Shown here: piece after piece, positions 42,631-55,802 of the stretch
Layout: the number at the start of each line of letters is the position of its first letter
Position numbering within the stretch: position 1 is the stretch's first letter
NCBI RefSeq assembly: GCF_963921235.1
Contig: NC_086097.1
Coordinates: forward strand, 38,380,001 to 38,444,000
Length of the DNA: 64,000 nucleotides
Direction: 5' to 3'
From: Mobula hypostoma
Lineage: Eukaryota
Program-made: the position numbers and the translations under genes
The notes under the pieces: model-generated
What the model was told of the DNA's origin: nothing
Databases searched by the model: none
Seen by the model: only the letters and a program-made list of their open reading frames with translations

Positions 42631-43370
42631 AAATAGTGATTCAGCAAAAGAACACGAAGCAGAGCCTGGATCATAAGCAGAGTTGAAAAAGTTCAGTTCA
42701 ATGGAAAGAAATATATGAAGAACTCAAGGCTATATAAAAAAAGGCAGCTAATACTATCTGCAAGCTAAACTAGGAAGGTAATTTGGTAAATGATTTTAAG
42801 CTATTTTTGTTTTAAGGCATTTTATCAGATTTTCTACTGCACAGTGTTCAAATCACATCTTGAACTTTAGGCATAGCTTGTATTCTAACTTTAATGCTGA
42901 CTTACAAATTACTTTGACCATTTTACATCTATGGTCCTGTTGTCAAGGACAGAATTTCTAAACAATCATGTGGCAATGCCATGAAAATGGTTAATTGAGT
43001 TCTATCAATACACGAAGTTAATATTGTAAGTGCACTGCTAAATGTAAGACAAACTCAGTATCTCAAATCTTGTGCTGTAGCTGATTTGGTAAGCAGCCTT
43101 AGGACATTTATAGTAAACTTATGCTTTAAAACTTTTTTCCAGTGCTGTTGTGGGCTTCATCTTGAATGTACCAGTTGAATAACCTTTCAAATTGGGGGGA
43201 GAAAAAGCTGAAGCAAGCATGCCAAAACATACTATGCACTATTGTACCAATCACTGTGGCTACCTGAACAATACTTTTGGTTCAGTGTAATATGTTTAAT
43301 TTTTAACTTGTATCTTTTAGATTTTTCAGGTGTCAAATTTGTGATTCTGCAGATTATAATTTTTGCATTG

Positions 43371-43376
<6 letters not shown>

Positions 43377-43403
<27 letters not shown>
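43377..43403. repeat. (AT)n microsatellite in the EML5 3'UTR region
   Basis: Direct reading. Confidence 0.9.
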
Positions 43404-43409
<6 letters not shown>

Positions 43410-44421
43410 ATGTAGCTTTTTGACATATAGTAAATGTGTAATACTTTGACTTACAACCTGGGTTGATATACACTGTACTTTTGTTTTTCAAATTAATAGA
43501 ATCACAAAATACTGAATTTTTTTTACTTGAGTTAAACAGTTTGTGAATGATAACTTCATGTAAAATTCCCCATAAGCAAAACTAAATACATGTAGTTAAC
43601 TCCAAATAGTTTATTTGCTGATGATTGAAGTCTGTACAAAAGGATTTTCAAGTGAATTGTCAAATGATAGAAATTTTACTGAAATGAATAGTCTTTGTTC
43701 CAGTGCTTACACTGGAGCTAACCACAATGTATTACAAAATACACATTATAAATTACCAATCCACCAAGCTGCATTATTGTAACTTTAATACTTTGCACTG
43801 TATAGTCTGTAAACAGCAATACTTCTCATGTTTTGTTATAGCTCTTCTACTCCTAATGCTTCTGATAACTTCAGTTACTTAAAATCTAAAGAAACTACTA
43901 TTTATGATTTTGTTTTGGAAAAAGTGGATTCAGATTAATGGAATTCTGGCTAAGAGTATTATTTTTACAAAAAAATTACATTATCAATTTCCTCAGCATG
44001 ATTGTCGTGTTGCAAGGCTAAGACGCAAAAAATCTTTCCTAGAGAATGTTTATTAGCTGATACTTATTCAAACTGGATTACACTTAAAAACACAAAGCTA
44101 ATATAAATGGTTGCAGATCATTTATATCTGAAGTGTAACATAATGTGACAAGTTAAAAAATGCCTTCTCACATATTATTTTGAACCATTCAAGGAGTTAC
44201 TGACAAGATGAATATAATTTTTGGTTAATATACTGTTGGGTGACAAACTGATTAATGCAACTAATAATTCTAATTTATGTTGTTCACAGGAAGATAATTT
44301 TTAAACAAACTGTACAATCCCTGTTGAAAATAATTTACACCATTAAATAGCCACAAAATAACTCATTCTGATAATCAAAGTTCCAAGTGCTTTCCTAAAA
44401 ACAAGTTTGTGTTCAGTGTTA

Positions 44422-44427
44422 AATAAA
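44422..44427 (+). terminator. Candidate EML5 polyadenylation signal AATAAA (alternative at 43404-43409)
   Basis: Canonical hexamer followed by U/GU-rich sequence, in TE-free AT-rich DNA downstream of the stop. Confidence 0.5.
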
Positions 44428-45266
44428 ACATGTCAATGTTTCCACACCATCATGTTTCTTCTAATTTTAAACTCAAACTTGCAAAAATTAAGTTGTGACT
44501 TTGCTACTGAATTTACTATTAGTTTTTGAAGCAACAAGTATTTCCAAAGTTAAACATCTTTAGAAAAGGGACTGAAGATCTACTGAAAGTAAAATAGCAA
44601 GTATTACATTTTATCAATTACCTTTTAGTATTTTTTTGAAAATTCCTCCGCAAATTCTCATGGGATAAACCACGAGAGGAATATTTCTAACTTTTTAAAA
44701 AATGTTTTCATGAAATACAACACCTAGGGCCGTGTTGTGCCTTATTGTGCATTACAGTAGTGGAACAGCATTACATACTCTTTCGTAATTACATGATCTT
44801 AAAATGGATACAATGCCTAAAATACAAAGATATAATAAATGGCAAAGAACTGATCATGAGCAAATATCTGAAGGACAGCCAGTGTGTAAAAAAAAACCAC
44901 ACAAAACAAGTAACTGATTCATTAAACAAACTGAGTTCTTTTTACTGCAAACAATCTCAACAAAATTGACCTTACATCAAATACTGATCTTCTTTCAATT
45001 TTCCACTGAATTTAAGATACTGTCTCTAACAGCACAAAATACAAGTTACACAATGCACCTTACGAACTCATTATTGAGAAATTACGTCTGTATCCAAATT
45101 ATGCACAAAAAAATCTAGTCAGTTCACGTCTGAAGAATTATTTGTAAAATGTTTGATATTCAGTGTTATACAATATTGGAAGAGGGCAATACAAATTTGT
45201 AAAATGCTACATTAAATAGTTGCAACCTTATGTCCACAATATGGGATTCTGCACGATCCAGACTGA

Positions 45267-45273
45267 TCATTCG
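45267..45273 (-). CDS. ZC3H14: ZC3H14 last coding exon (S-E-stop)
   Basis: ttttacag|CGAATGA; recalled human protein also ends SE. Confidence 0.88.
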
Positions 45274-45429
45274 CTGTAAAAGAAAAGAGATGTCTTAGAC
45301 TTAATGAACAGTACAAAATTGAATTATTTACATTGTGGTGAAACACATGATGGGAGAAAATTAGCCTTTAATATTTACAACTTAACCAATTTTCAGGTGA
45401 TTAGTAAAGTTCTTTCAATGCTGTATTAC

Positions 45430-45539
45430 CTATTTTGTTGAGATCTGGTCCATTTAAGAGCATGGCGTGGAGGTAATGTAATTGTAGGGTGGTAGAATGT
45501 ACAGTCAGTTCTCTTACACTGTGTACTGAATCGACATGG
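45430..45539 (-). CDS. ZC3H14: ZC3H14 exon (PCRFSTQCKRTDCTFYHPTITLPPRHALKWTRSQQNS), CCCH finger
   Basis: ctcag acceptor, AG|gtaata donor; PPRHALKW signature. Confidence 0.95.
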
Positions 45540-45618
45540 CTGAGAAAAACAGGGAGAGTCATCACGTACAGAATAACCTCATTTCAATAAACTAATCCTT
45601 TCAAATGACATTGTTTAC

Positions 45619-45701
45619 CTTTGGATGAATAAAAGGACACTCCACTTTTTTGCAATCTGGAAAGAATCGACATAAAGAACTTCCTGCTGTTGTCACGGGA
45701 G
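45619..45701 (-). CDS. ZC3H14: ZC3H14 exon (PVTTAGSSLCRFFPDCKKVECPFIHPK), CCCH finger
   Basis: ttatag acceptor, AAG|gtaaac donor; phase 1-0. Confidence 0.94.
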
Positions 45702-47416
45702 CTATAAAATAAATTTAAGATACAAGATAAGCTGAATTTTTTTTAATGTGTCAATGCTAAAGCATATCAGTGATTTTCCTTACTATTCCTACTCTACTAC
45801 TCCATTTCACCTTTACAATTTTCCTAACCTTATCCAAAACTTTGAATGCAAATTACCCATATAAAGCAGTATATATGATACGTAAATTACACCTGCATTT
45901 TTTAACTGAATTAAGTCTTGTCAAAAATAAATGCACTTGCAGACCAACAATTTCCCCTTGAGGGGATTTGGGCAGGTCATTCCAAAAATGTATTCCACAG
46001 TTCCCAAACACTAACGTTTGTTGGTTGGGAGCCCAGGGGAGATACCAATTTCAGCTTAGCGCCTACCTCTGATGTGCTGATTGGGGTCTAATCACACAAA
46101 GGACTAATGTTAGAAAGTGGCACAAGGTGCTGAGTAGTCTAACTTTTTCTTCCAATTTTCAGGTACTAAATGTCCATTGTTTGGTTACAACTGTAGAGCT
46201 GTCTTTATAGTAGTCTTAAAATTAAAGTTACCAAACCATGTTAAGTACTTTAAAATATTTTGTGGTGGAGAAGGTTTCTTAATAATACAGACTGCCATGA
46301 TAACTAAGTAGGAGGAATCATATACCTTATAGATTTGGTCCTTATCTATTAGAAGGCACAAACGTGCAAATGATCAGCCAGTTACAAACCCTTTCAATTT
46401 TTATGGGGCAGAGGGGAAAAAGTTGTTTGAAGAAATACAATAAGATCAATACAAAATTGTATCTCAAGTGAAATACATAATAAAATTCACAATATTTGCT
46501 TTCTTGAACTAAATGTTTTGGTAAACAACAATCATCATTAGGCAAAATTTTAAGATTCAAGAAAGTACTGGGTTGTAAAACAGAGCAATATGCAAAGGAA
46601 TAAAACATTTACCTACAAGATGTCTCTATATTTCTTTAAACTGATTATGGACAGATTCAGATAGCTTATCTAGTGGTCATATTTCATGTGTCAACCAAAA
46701 CAGTGAGTACACATACAAAATTCCACTGAGGAAGACGTCACAGCCAAGATTGACTATATGCACATGGATATGGTAGATCTGTGCATTGCTGTGTTTTGAT
46801 GTCCAATCCTGGGAATGAGTAGTTTGTATTGATCAAGTGAGAGTTTACTTTATCAGATGTAGAGATCCTATTTGATTTTGTGGCTATAACCCAACTACAA
46901 CAGTATGTTGGTTAACAGCACAAGGTCATTCAATATTCAACACAACATGAGGGGGACATGCTACCGTGGAAAGTGATACATTTACCACTCTACGGAGTGG
47001 TACAGATACAGCCACACTCTGAACCTGATCACCGACAACACATCTTGACTGATGCCAATCAATATAGGTTAAAATTACTAAAGATAACATCTGACTGAAC
47101 CAGACGGGTGTTCGTGACAACGAGCAGTCTATTGGTTATTATTAAGAACTTTAAAAAAAGAACAAATTTCAGATTATTAACAGAATTTTAAAACTCTGGT
47201 GCAATTTGTCCCATTTTATGAGTCTTTTCTATCCCAGTAGAGTTCTCTGCAGTACCAGTCTGGTAATTTAACCTCTTATTATGAACCTCTGATTTCAGCA
47301 GCAATAGCACAGAAGATGTTTTATCACTCATTTATACTGAAAAGATTGTCTATTGGTAATAAGATTGGTATTGAGATTTAAGTTACATTTATGAATCAAT
47401 ATTGTAACATACAAAC

Positions 47417-47553
47417 CTGGCTGTTTTGGCATTATAGCAGTCCGTTTGCTTGCATGTGTGTATGGACAATCTGGTCTAGTACACTTGGAATCATATTTGC
47501 AGTTTGGATGGATAAATAGGCACTTGTCCCCGTATTTACATTTTGGAAAGGTT
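47417..47553 (-). CDS. ZC3H14: ZC3H14 exon (TFPKCKYGDKCLFIHPNCKYDSKCTRPDCPYTHASKRTAIMPKQP), CCCH fingers
   Basis: attag acceptor, CAG|gtttgt donor; phase 2-1. Confidence 0.95.
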
Positions 47554-48829
47554 CTAATAAAAAGGAAAAAATATTGGAAAATGTTAATACAAAACTATCA
47601 TAATGAACTTCCATACATACTGCTTAAAATTTATGTTCTTGCCAAAAAATACTAAAATGAAAATTTAAGAAGTATTAGAATACAAACAAAAAAATTTCAA
47701 CATTCATTCAAGCACAAGTACATTATTTGTATGTTTAAAACTGATCATTACATTTTGAATCAAGGTGACTGGCATTCAAAGAGCTACTTCTTTGGAGTTA
47801 TACCACACAATATGATATGCTTACACAAAGCAAGCTCCATCATGGGCACCAGTCTCCTACCATTGAGGTCAACTTCAAATGGTAATGCCTCAGAAAAGTA
47901 GCATCAATCATTAAGACCCCTAACACATGCTCTTTTCTTATTAGCACCATCAGGGAGGAGGGAGGAAGTACAGGAGATTTAAAGCACATGCTCAACGTTT
48001 TAGGAACAGCTTCTTCTCCTTGGCCATCAGATTTCTGAATGGTCAATGAACATTACCTCACTATCTTGCCCAATTTTACACTACTTATTTATTTTTTATT
48101 ATATTTCTTATGGTAATTTATAGTTCTTTAAAAAAAATGCCACAAAACAACACATTTCAAGACATGTCAGTGACAAAGCTGATTCTGACTCAGTATTACT
48201 AAATAATGTAAAAGAATCAGTTCATTTTTTAATGAATTTGAAACAGGATACAAAATGCAGTAAATACTCAACAGATCAGGTAGTATCTGTGGATAAAATT
48301 ATTACATTTAAGATTGATCGCCTTTCTGCAGGTTCTGAAGAGGTTATTAATCCTTAACACCACAGTTAGAAAATAAAATCCTCAGAGTTTAACATAATCT
48401 CCAGCTGAAGATACCTCTCATCTTTGACCCAATTGCTGACATGGTATAATAGAAAGATAATAATAATAGATAGATAGATAGCTAAGCAATAAATATCGAG
48501 AACACAAGATGAAGAGTCCTTGAAAGTGAGTCCATAGGTTGTGGGAACAGTTCAGTGATGGAGTTTCCCTGTCCATGCTTCTTCATTCCCATAAGTGAAT
48601 AGACCAAAATAACTGTGTTTCCCAAGTCCTCTTCTATGAAGCCTTCCAAGAATTCACCACTCTTAAAGTTAAGAACCTGCTTCACATTTCAGTCCTAAAT
48701 GGCTGACTTGTATCAGTTTTCAGTACTGTTAATTTCAAAGCTAATTTTATTTTTAGCTCCCTGTTCACTCTGGATCCATTGTTCTTCACTATTTCCAGAA
48801 GATTTTTTTGTCATTTTCCATGAAATCAG

Positions 48830-49700
48830 TAAAACATTTTCTTATTCCCATTATACAAGAGATCTCACTCAATTATTCCTAAATTGGAAGTTAGAGGGCG
48901 ACTGAGTAAAAGGCTCCCAATGCTGGGGAAGAATAAGAACTGATGGAAAAAGAACCCCTGTAGAACAGAGCACCTGTGATCAGATGTTAACCTTAGGATG
49001 GCATAAGGGTACAAATGAAACTACCCTCAGTAGTACTTATTGGATTTGTGGAAACTGGGCATACCCTTGGCTGCCAAAATATTCAACTGGGGATTGCTGT
49101 TTGGGTTATGTAGTACCATTTATACATCATACTTAAGATTTGAATCATGAACCTCAGTATACAAGGAAACAGGCAATCACAGAAAGTGAGAGATTTTGGA
49201 TGAAAGCCTTTCCAATGTATGGTGTGGGATGAATAATGAGAGAACTAATTATTATGGTTCCCACATTAGAGAAATTAGCAAATGAAACATCATATTCTTT
49301 TGGTCAAACAAGAGAAGCCTATTTGGAAATATCAGCTGAGTTAGTAGCAGCAAGAACTGTAGAAACAGTTGTAGAACTGCAAAACAGAATGGCCCTAGAT
49401 TTGTCTGAAAAAGGAGGCACTTGTGCCCTAATAGGGTAAAAATGTTACACTATATCCCTGACGAATCAGAAAATATAACTCATCTAACTGATCAAATTAG
49501 AAAAGCCATGGAAAAAAAATCATGAGAAGTAGGAGACCAGCTTCATAATTACAATCCTACAGGAGGATGGTGGCCATTTGGGAGCCTGAGCGGACGGTGA
49601 GCTATACTGGTTCACTAGTATAATACTGGGTGCAATAACTATAGTTGTAGTTGTACTGCAGTGTATATGCAGAGCAATACCCACACAGGAATGAAATCGG
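48830..49700 (+). pseudogene. Endogenous retrovirus env relic (class I/gamma-type TM)
   Basis: YWICGNWAYPWLP...CCLGYVVP (SU end), degenerate furin site TRKQ/AI, immunosuppressive domain LQNRMALD at 49377-49400, GGTCALIG*KCYT (CX6CC), hydrophobic TM segment; several stops and frameshifts. Confidence 0.85.
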
Positions 49701-49855
49701 CCTCTTATTCCTATATATTATAGAGGAAGAAGAGCTCTGGAGGATGTAGAAAACAAGGAGGAGGATTATTTAACGATGAGAAATTTACCACAAATATGAA
49801 TCTCCCTTTGCTGACACTGATCTTGAAGGTTGATCTTATAATCAACAAGGGGAAC

Positions 49856-50238
49856 TATGGAAGAAGAGTCAGCAAAGGAGTTAATAAACTAGGTAACTAA
49901 CTTGTATTTTTCTGTTTGAACTTTGTAACCCAATATTCTAGGCTTAGACCTGCAGTTGACAGTCTTTCACAACCAGGAAGCAGGCTCCAAGTGAGGGTAG
50001 TCGAAAAACAGGAATGTGCCCTCAAGTGATTTAGCCACTTCTTTATTCTATGATTAAGAATATCTTGTATAACAGAGGTACTCGCATGCTACTAGTCGCA
50101 CACACTTGTCTGTTCATGATACGCAGAAATCACTCTGTAACTCAGAGTCTTTCACCTTCCTGCAGGCTCTCCATGATATCATGCTGATTTAAGGCATCAC
50201 TGCTTGAAGTCTGATCTCCAGAGGCATTTTCTTCAACA
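49856..50238 (+). mobile_element. Probable 3' LTR of the ERV
   Basis: Preceded by purine tract AAGGGGAAC directly after env; ends TTCAACA; polyA-like ATTTAAG after the CATGATATCATG palindrome. Confidence 0.6.
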
Positions 50239-50754
50239 AATATACATTAATTGATTTATCACTATACATAAAAGCTATCTTCATTGCTCCATTGCTGCTA
50301 CAAGAACGTAAAATATGTCACAGAGAAAAAAGTGATTCAATAGTTAAGTAAATTCAATTAGTCCAATTGCTTTGGGTACCTACATAATGATCAGTCATAT
50401 TCACGTAGAGAATTACCTTTCTGACGAACAGCTTTCCTTAAAATAGGTGGCAGTAGTTACTTTACATTATTTAGCCACCATTATTGCAGTAACAAAATAG
50501 TAGTGTATTCTATGAAATGCACCATATTTAAGCCTTATTTATACTGTTAAGTATACCACTATTTATCTGGACTTAATTAAAGGTTATTTTGAAAATTGTT
50601 CAGTTGAACAAAACAAAATCGAAACCAGTAAAGCACCACTACATTTACTCTAATTTTTTTTAATTTTCAGTAAACATATATGTGCAAAAGTTAAAGAGAG
50701 CTATTCTGGCTGCCATCAAATATCAATAATAAATACTTTTAACTTGATACTCAC

Positions 50755-50878
50755 TTGCACGAGGTTACAGGATGATGATACATACAATCATCACCATTTT
50801 TACAGGCGGGCCAGTACTTGCACCTTTCTAGAAGTTTCTGTCGTTTTGCTTGAAAGTTGCTGTCATCGATCTCTTCCT
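50755..50878 (-). CDS. ZC3H14: ZC3H14 exon (EEIDDSNFQAKRQKLLERCKYWPACKNGDDCMYHHPVTSCK), first CCCH finger
   Basis: atcag acceptor, AA|gtgagt donor; KLLERCKYWPACKNGD signature; phase 1-2. Confidence 0.96.
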
Positions 50879-51053
50879 CTGATATTGGAAAAAGATTTGA
50901 TAGTATGTTCTAAGTTAAATCGATAGATGACCCAATGCTTTATTTTGTTAAAAATGCTTTAATTTCTGCCAATTTACATTAGTTAATTTCTTAGCCAAAT
51001 GTTTGTAAAAGGTCATCAAAAAAATAAAATAACAAGTATATTTTAATGATCCA

Positions 51054-51324
51054 GGCCGGCTGGTGGCGCAATGACATCAGCGCCGGACTCTGGAACGAAG
51101 GTTCACGGGTTTGAAACCAGTCGGGTCCGCTCCCGAGTACGCTTTCCGTCCGTGTCAGGTTGAGTGTTGAGATCACAACTCGACCTCGTAAAATAAAAGG
51201 AAAAATACTGCGACACACAGTCTCTCTCTCTCGCTCCGCGCCTTGTAAAGGCATGAAAAAGACATAGTCCCGCCAACATTGCACACGCACGAACGCACGC
51301 ATGCAGACACACACGCCAAAAAAA
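51054..51324 (+). mobile_element. tRNA-derived SINE with poly(A) tail and 20-bp TSD
   Basis: A box TGGCGCAATG, B box GGTTTGAAACC; TSD 51034-51053 vs 51325-51344 (2 mismatches); older relative at about 52010-52208. Confidence 0.85.
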
Positions 51325-51959
51325 AAGTGTACTTTAATGATCCAAACCCAGTCAAACATTTAATGTTTACTGTCTTTCTTCTTGGATGCTACCTCTGGAC
51401 TACAATAAGCAACTCTGGCATGCAGAAGATACAGCCATCCAACACCAGATCCAGTCAGACTGTAACATACCTTCCACCAAACCACCAACAGCAAAAATAA
51501 ATTCTGACTGTCTGTCTACTCCAAAAGGGGCAAGATATCTCACACGTGACAAACCAGCCATTTCTCCACTATATATTCCTAAATTCTAGTTGTTTTAACC
51601 CTGAATCAGTAACTCACAATCACTGATACCTTGCCCGACACGCTCAGTTTTTGAGCAGGGGGAGGGATTTGGGGGTTGATGTGCCTGTTCCATTTTTGTT
51701 CATTTTTTGCAGGGAGGTGGGATTTGGGGATTGATAATCATGCCGCCTTTCTGTTTTGGTTTCATGGCTGCCCAGAGAATTGAAGTAACAGATAAACCTT
51801 TGAAGATTTCAGGCACAGTAACCACAGCCCCACTTCAAGATCCTGCAGTCAATAGTTGATTTCTTGTACACTATTATATCCTCTCCAGCTTCTCTTTCTT
51901 CAGAAGGACTGTGAACATGTCAATTCTGACATCTAGTACGAATTTTTCATAACAGTCAG

Positions 51960-52760
51960 AGCATCGACTTTTGGAGTAGGATTATTATATTGCAGTTATA
52001 CAAGCTGTTAGCCAGACGGTGCCGTAGTGGCATCCTCACCGAACATGGAGGGGAGTAGTACCAGCTTCGAATCCAGCCGGTTGGTTCCTTGCACGCTTTC
52101 CATCTGTGCTGGGTTGAGCATCAAGCTAGGAATTCAGCCTCATAAAAATCAGACAGAAATGCTAAAGAAACAGCAAGATTACCACAAGGCAAGGAAAGGA
52201 ACATCAACACAAGTTGTTGGTGAGACCGCACTTGGAGTATTGTGCACAGTTTAGCTCTATTATAGAAAACCTGTTATAGAAAACACAATCAAGCTGCAGT
52301 GGGTGCAAAAGAGATTTACAAGGACGTTACCTGGACTAGAGAGTCCGAGCAACAGGGAGGCTGGCCACACTGGATCTTTATTCCTTGGAGTGCAGGAGAA
52401 TGAGAGGTAACCCCATAGAAGTTTATAAAATCATAAGGGTTATGAATAAGGTGGAAGTCATCTTTTTCCCGGGTTTGGGGAGACCAAAACTATAGGGCAC
52501 AGATACAAGATAAGAACAAAGTGATTTAAAAGAGACCAGAGCGGTAACCTCTATACACAGAGGGTAATGAGTATCCTGAATAAGTTGCCAGAGGAAGTGG
52601 TCGAGGTGGATATAATTGCAAAATTTATGAGGCATTTGGATAGGTATATGGAAAGGAAGGGCTTGCGAGGTTATGAGCTGAATGCTGGTAACTGGAACTA
52701 ACAGGGAGGATGATGTGAGTACAGCTGAAAGGCTTGTTTCCTTGCTGTATTTTCTCTAAC
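51960..52760 (+). mobile_element. CR1 3' fragment interrupted by a SINE
   Basis: LVRPHLEYCAQF, VQKRFTRTLPGL, RGNPIEVYKIIRV; ACAAG(C/T)TGTT duplicated around the SINE. Confidence 0.75.
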
Positions 52761-52844
52761 TCCTTGTTTAAATTACTCCACCTACATTTTGATTCTATGA
52801 CAGGACTATAAATAGGCCTAAACACAACTGATGAATTATATTAG

Positions 52845-53497
52845 GAGGGGGAGGAGAAGATGGCAGCACGTGCAGTCGCTCCGAAATGATATTGGTATTT
52901 GTTAAGTAGGTACCGTGCACAATCCTGATTTGATGGATACAGACATGAGAAGCACGGAGAAACTTCTGAAATGCCCGCTTCGCTGCCGCTGCTACTGTGT
53001 GATCAAGAATCTCCGGAGGGGAAGGCCCCAAATCCTCGGCTTTGCCTGTTGCCTGTTAAGGGGGTCAGGGTCGAAGCGCTCGGCAGAGATGGTGCTCGGT
53101 GTCGGAGGGCTGGTCAGAGGCTCAAAGTTTTTGGATGGACTCAAGAGTCGGCTGTGGTCGGGTGCTTCCAGGGTGCTGCATCGGCAAGTTTGCGGTGCTG
53201 GAAGCTCATGGCAGGGAGAGTTTTTCTTCCTTCTACCGTCTGCGTGAGATGATGGGACTTTTGAGAGACTTTGAGACTTTTCTTTTTACTGTGCCCATGG
53301 TCTGTTCTTCATCAAATTACATTATTGCTTTGCACTGTTGTAACTATATGTTATAATTATGTGATTTTTGTCAGTTTTTCAGTCTTGGTTTGTCTTGTGT
53401 TTCTGTGATATCATATTGGAGGAACATTGTATCATTTCTTAATGCATGCGTTACTAAACGACAATAAAAGAGGACTGCGTGTCCTCATAATCTAATA
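52845..53497 (+). mobile_element. Non-autonomous retroelement with GC-rich head and TAATC-type tail
   Basis: GGAGAAGATGGC start, CpG-rich body, AATAAA and cataatctaat end; no coding similarity recognised. Confidence 0.5.
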
Positions 53498-53634
53498 TCT
53501 CTTTGTTGTCTCTGCAGTATTTAAAAAGGATAATCACACCACTCTCCTAGAACTATTAACATTACTAAGCAGAAATAGGGTGCCTTTCACTCAATTCCAT
53601 TGTTATTTTGCTAATCAGTGCCAAGAATCTACAG

Positions 53635-53790
53635 CAGGGGTCGGCAACCTTTTTGCCTCTGTGGGCCGGATCGCGTATTAATGAGCGGACGGTGGGCCAG
53701 ATAAATGCCATAAAAAACTTGAAATATGGGAATTATCCATTTAAATACATCTAGTTATGTTTTACCTCAAATTAATGAATAACGCATGCT
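53635..53790 (+). mobile_element. hAT/Charlie-like DNA transposon end
   Basis: TIR-like CAGGGGTCGGCAACCT; partner end not found. Confidence 0.55.
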
Positions 53791-55608
53791 AGAAAATCAT
53801 TTGTGCTTAACGTTGCTTATCCCTCATCTAGAGCAATGCCTTCTTCTATCACCTTTATCTATAGTTCTATGTGGTCAGACTCTTCTAATGGTTGACAATG
53901 CCCAGCACACTCTCTCTCCTGCTCCTCCATTACTTCCACCTAGTTACCGTACTTTTCCAAAACCCAGCCTCAAGAAAAGCCTATTATTAAATATTTTCTC
54001 ACCACTGCATTAAACAGAATTAAACAGAATCCAATTTTAAACTACTGATGGGATTTCAATACAAGAGCAAAACAAATTTGGCCGCCTTCTTCCATTTCTT
54101 ATGTTCTTGTATCAGAATCCCTTGCGACGGCATCCCATTCAATGAAATCATTCATAATCATCTACCTCATTGACTTTCTTGCCAAAGCCCCTTCCGCTGT
54201 TTCTCAAAATTTACTTAAATATAATCAATGATTGAACAATCAAACCCCCTGGGATATATAATTCTAAATGTTTACAATCTTCTCGGTAAACAAATTTCAC
54301 AATTGGCCCATTATTCTGACTCTCATTCTAAACTCTCCAGTGAATACAGGCTTTCAGCATTAACCCGTCAATCACTCAGACCTGTCTATCAAACAGATTG
54401 TGTCCCACTCTTCCATATTCCAACAAGGAAACATCAATTCTACTCATAGAACAGTACAGCCTTTTCTTAGTGTATCAGGGAACATCCCTATCATCAATCT
54501 TGTGAATATATATTCATTTACTCCAGTGAATGTATACACTTACTGAGATAAGAATTTAAACTGCATGCTACTCTCAGGTTGCATGTGAGGCTGCATTTGA
54601 ATGCATTGCACTCACTAGTTTTCCCTCAACTATCCCACCTATTACACCAAAAACTATTATACTTAATCATATTATGATTTTCTAAATGTCTTATTACACT
54701 TTCTCATGAATAATCACATTTTTTCACAAGTAATAGTAATTCATCTCTTTTTCTCTTCCTCTTCTTGCATTAGGGTGTTGCACTTACTTCCTTTCAATCT
54801 TTTCCAGAATCCAAGAAACGTGGAAAACGTCACACTATTACATATTTCTATTTCCTTCAGAACAATGTTTTCTTTGACCTTTGCTGCTGAAGCTCAATTC
54901 TTTGTTTTACCATCACAAGATTCAATTAAAGCCATGTTTTCTTGGCTGGCTTTCTCCTCCCCACCATAAATTTAATTTTTAAAACTTAGCTTCTCACTTA
55001 CTTGCTTGCATGTTTTTGCATAAATCAAAAGATGCAAGCAAGTTGCAAGAATCGACTTACAACAAGGAACACAATCATGAACTGAGAAAATAAAAGGATC
55101 TACAGGCCCTTTGGCTCTTCAAACCAATCTATTAATCTCTGTTCTAAATAGCAACTGCATAGGAAATTTCCAAAGATTCGCTGCCCTCTATATGAAGATA
55201 TTTCTTCTCATCTACCACTTCTTCTGAAACTATGAACCTTGGTTTTAGATTGCTCAGCCAAGGAAAATATTCTTCCCGCGATCAACCTGTCAAAACTGGA
55301 AAGAATTTTGTAAATTTCAATGAGATCTACTCATTCTTCTAAACTCCAGGGAAGACATGTCTGACCTGCTCAATACCTTCCTTCAGCAAACCCTCTACCC
55401 CTAGGATCAGCTTAATGAAGAACATTAACAGAAACACCAAAGCACCTTTACTTCCCCCAAAATGTCTCCCACTATGATGTAAGGAAAGAAAATCAACAGT
55501 ACAAAAAGGTTGGTCACACAATGTGCTTCATTAGCTAAACATTTTTAATTAAATCTGGATTCTTTTTTAAAGTGCAATTATTAACTGTAAAAATACTTAG
55601 ACAATTAC

Positions 55609-55802
55609 CATCAGATTCAATCAATGTTTGAGCAACAGACTGCATTGATGATTTGTATTTCCTTCCAGCCTCTTGTAAGAGACCACTTTGCTCTATTGGC
55701 TCAGTCTCCTCATCTTGTTCTGAAATAGATTCAGGGGGACTTGGAATGCCATCCAGTGTCACAATAAATTTAGGACTCGATTCCTCAGAGTCAGCTTGAT
55801 CT
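55609..55802 (-). CDS. ZC3H14: ZC3H14 exon (DQADSEESSPKFIVTLDGIPSPPESISEQDEE...TLIESD)
   Basis: taatag acceptor, G|gtaatt donor; SPKFIVTLDG signature; phase 2-1. Confidence 0.93.

Noticed and set aside
46983..47002. Perfect 8-bp hairpin with C(UACG)G tetraloop
   Set aside because: The UNCG loop is on the + strand, opposite the transcribed ZC3H14 intron, and no larger structure was recognised
52915..53356. GC-rich ORF cluster as a gene or CpG-island promoter
   Set aside because: Lies within a repeat-like element with retroposon-type head and tail; no splice or homology support
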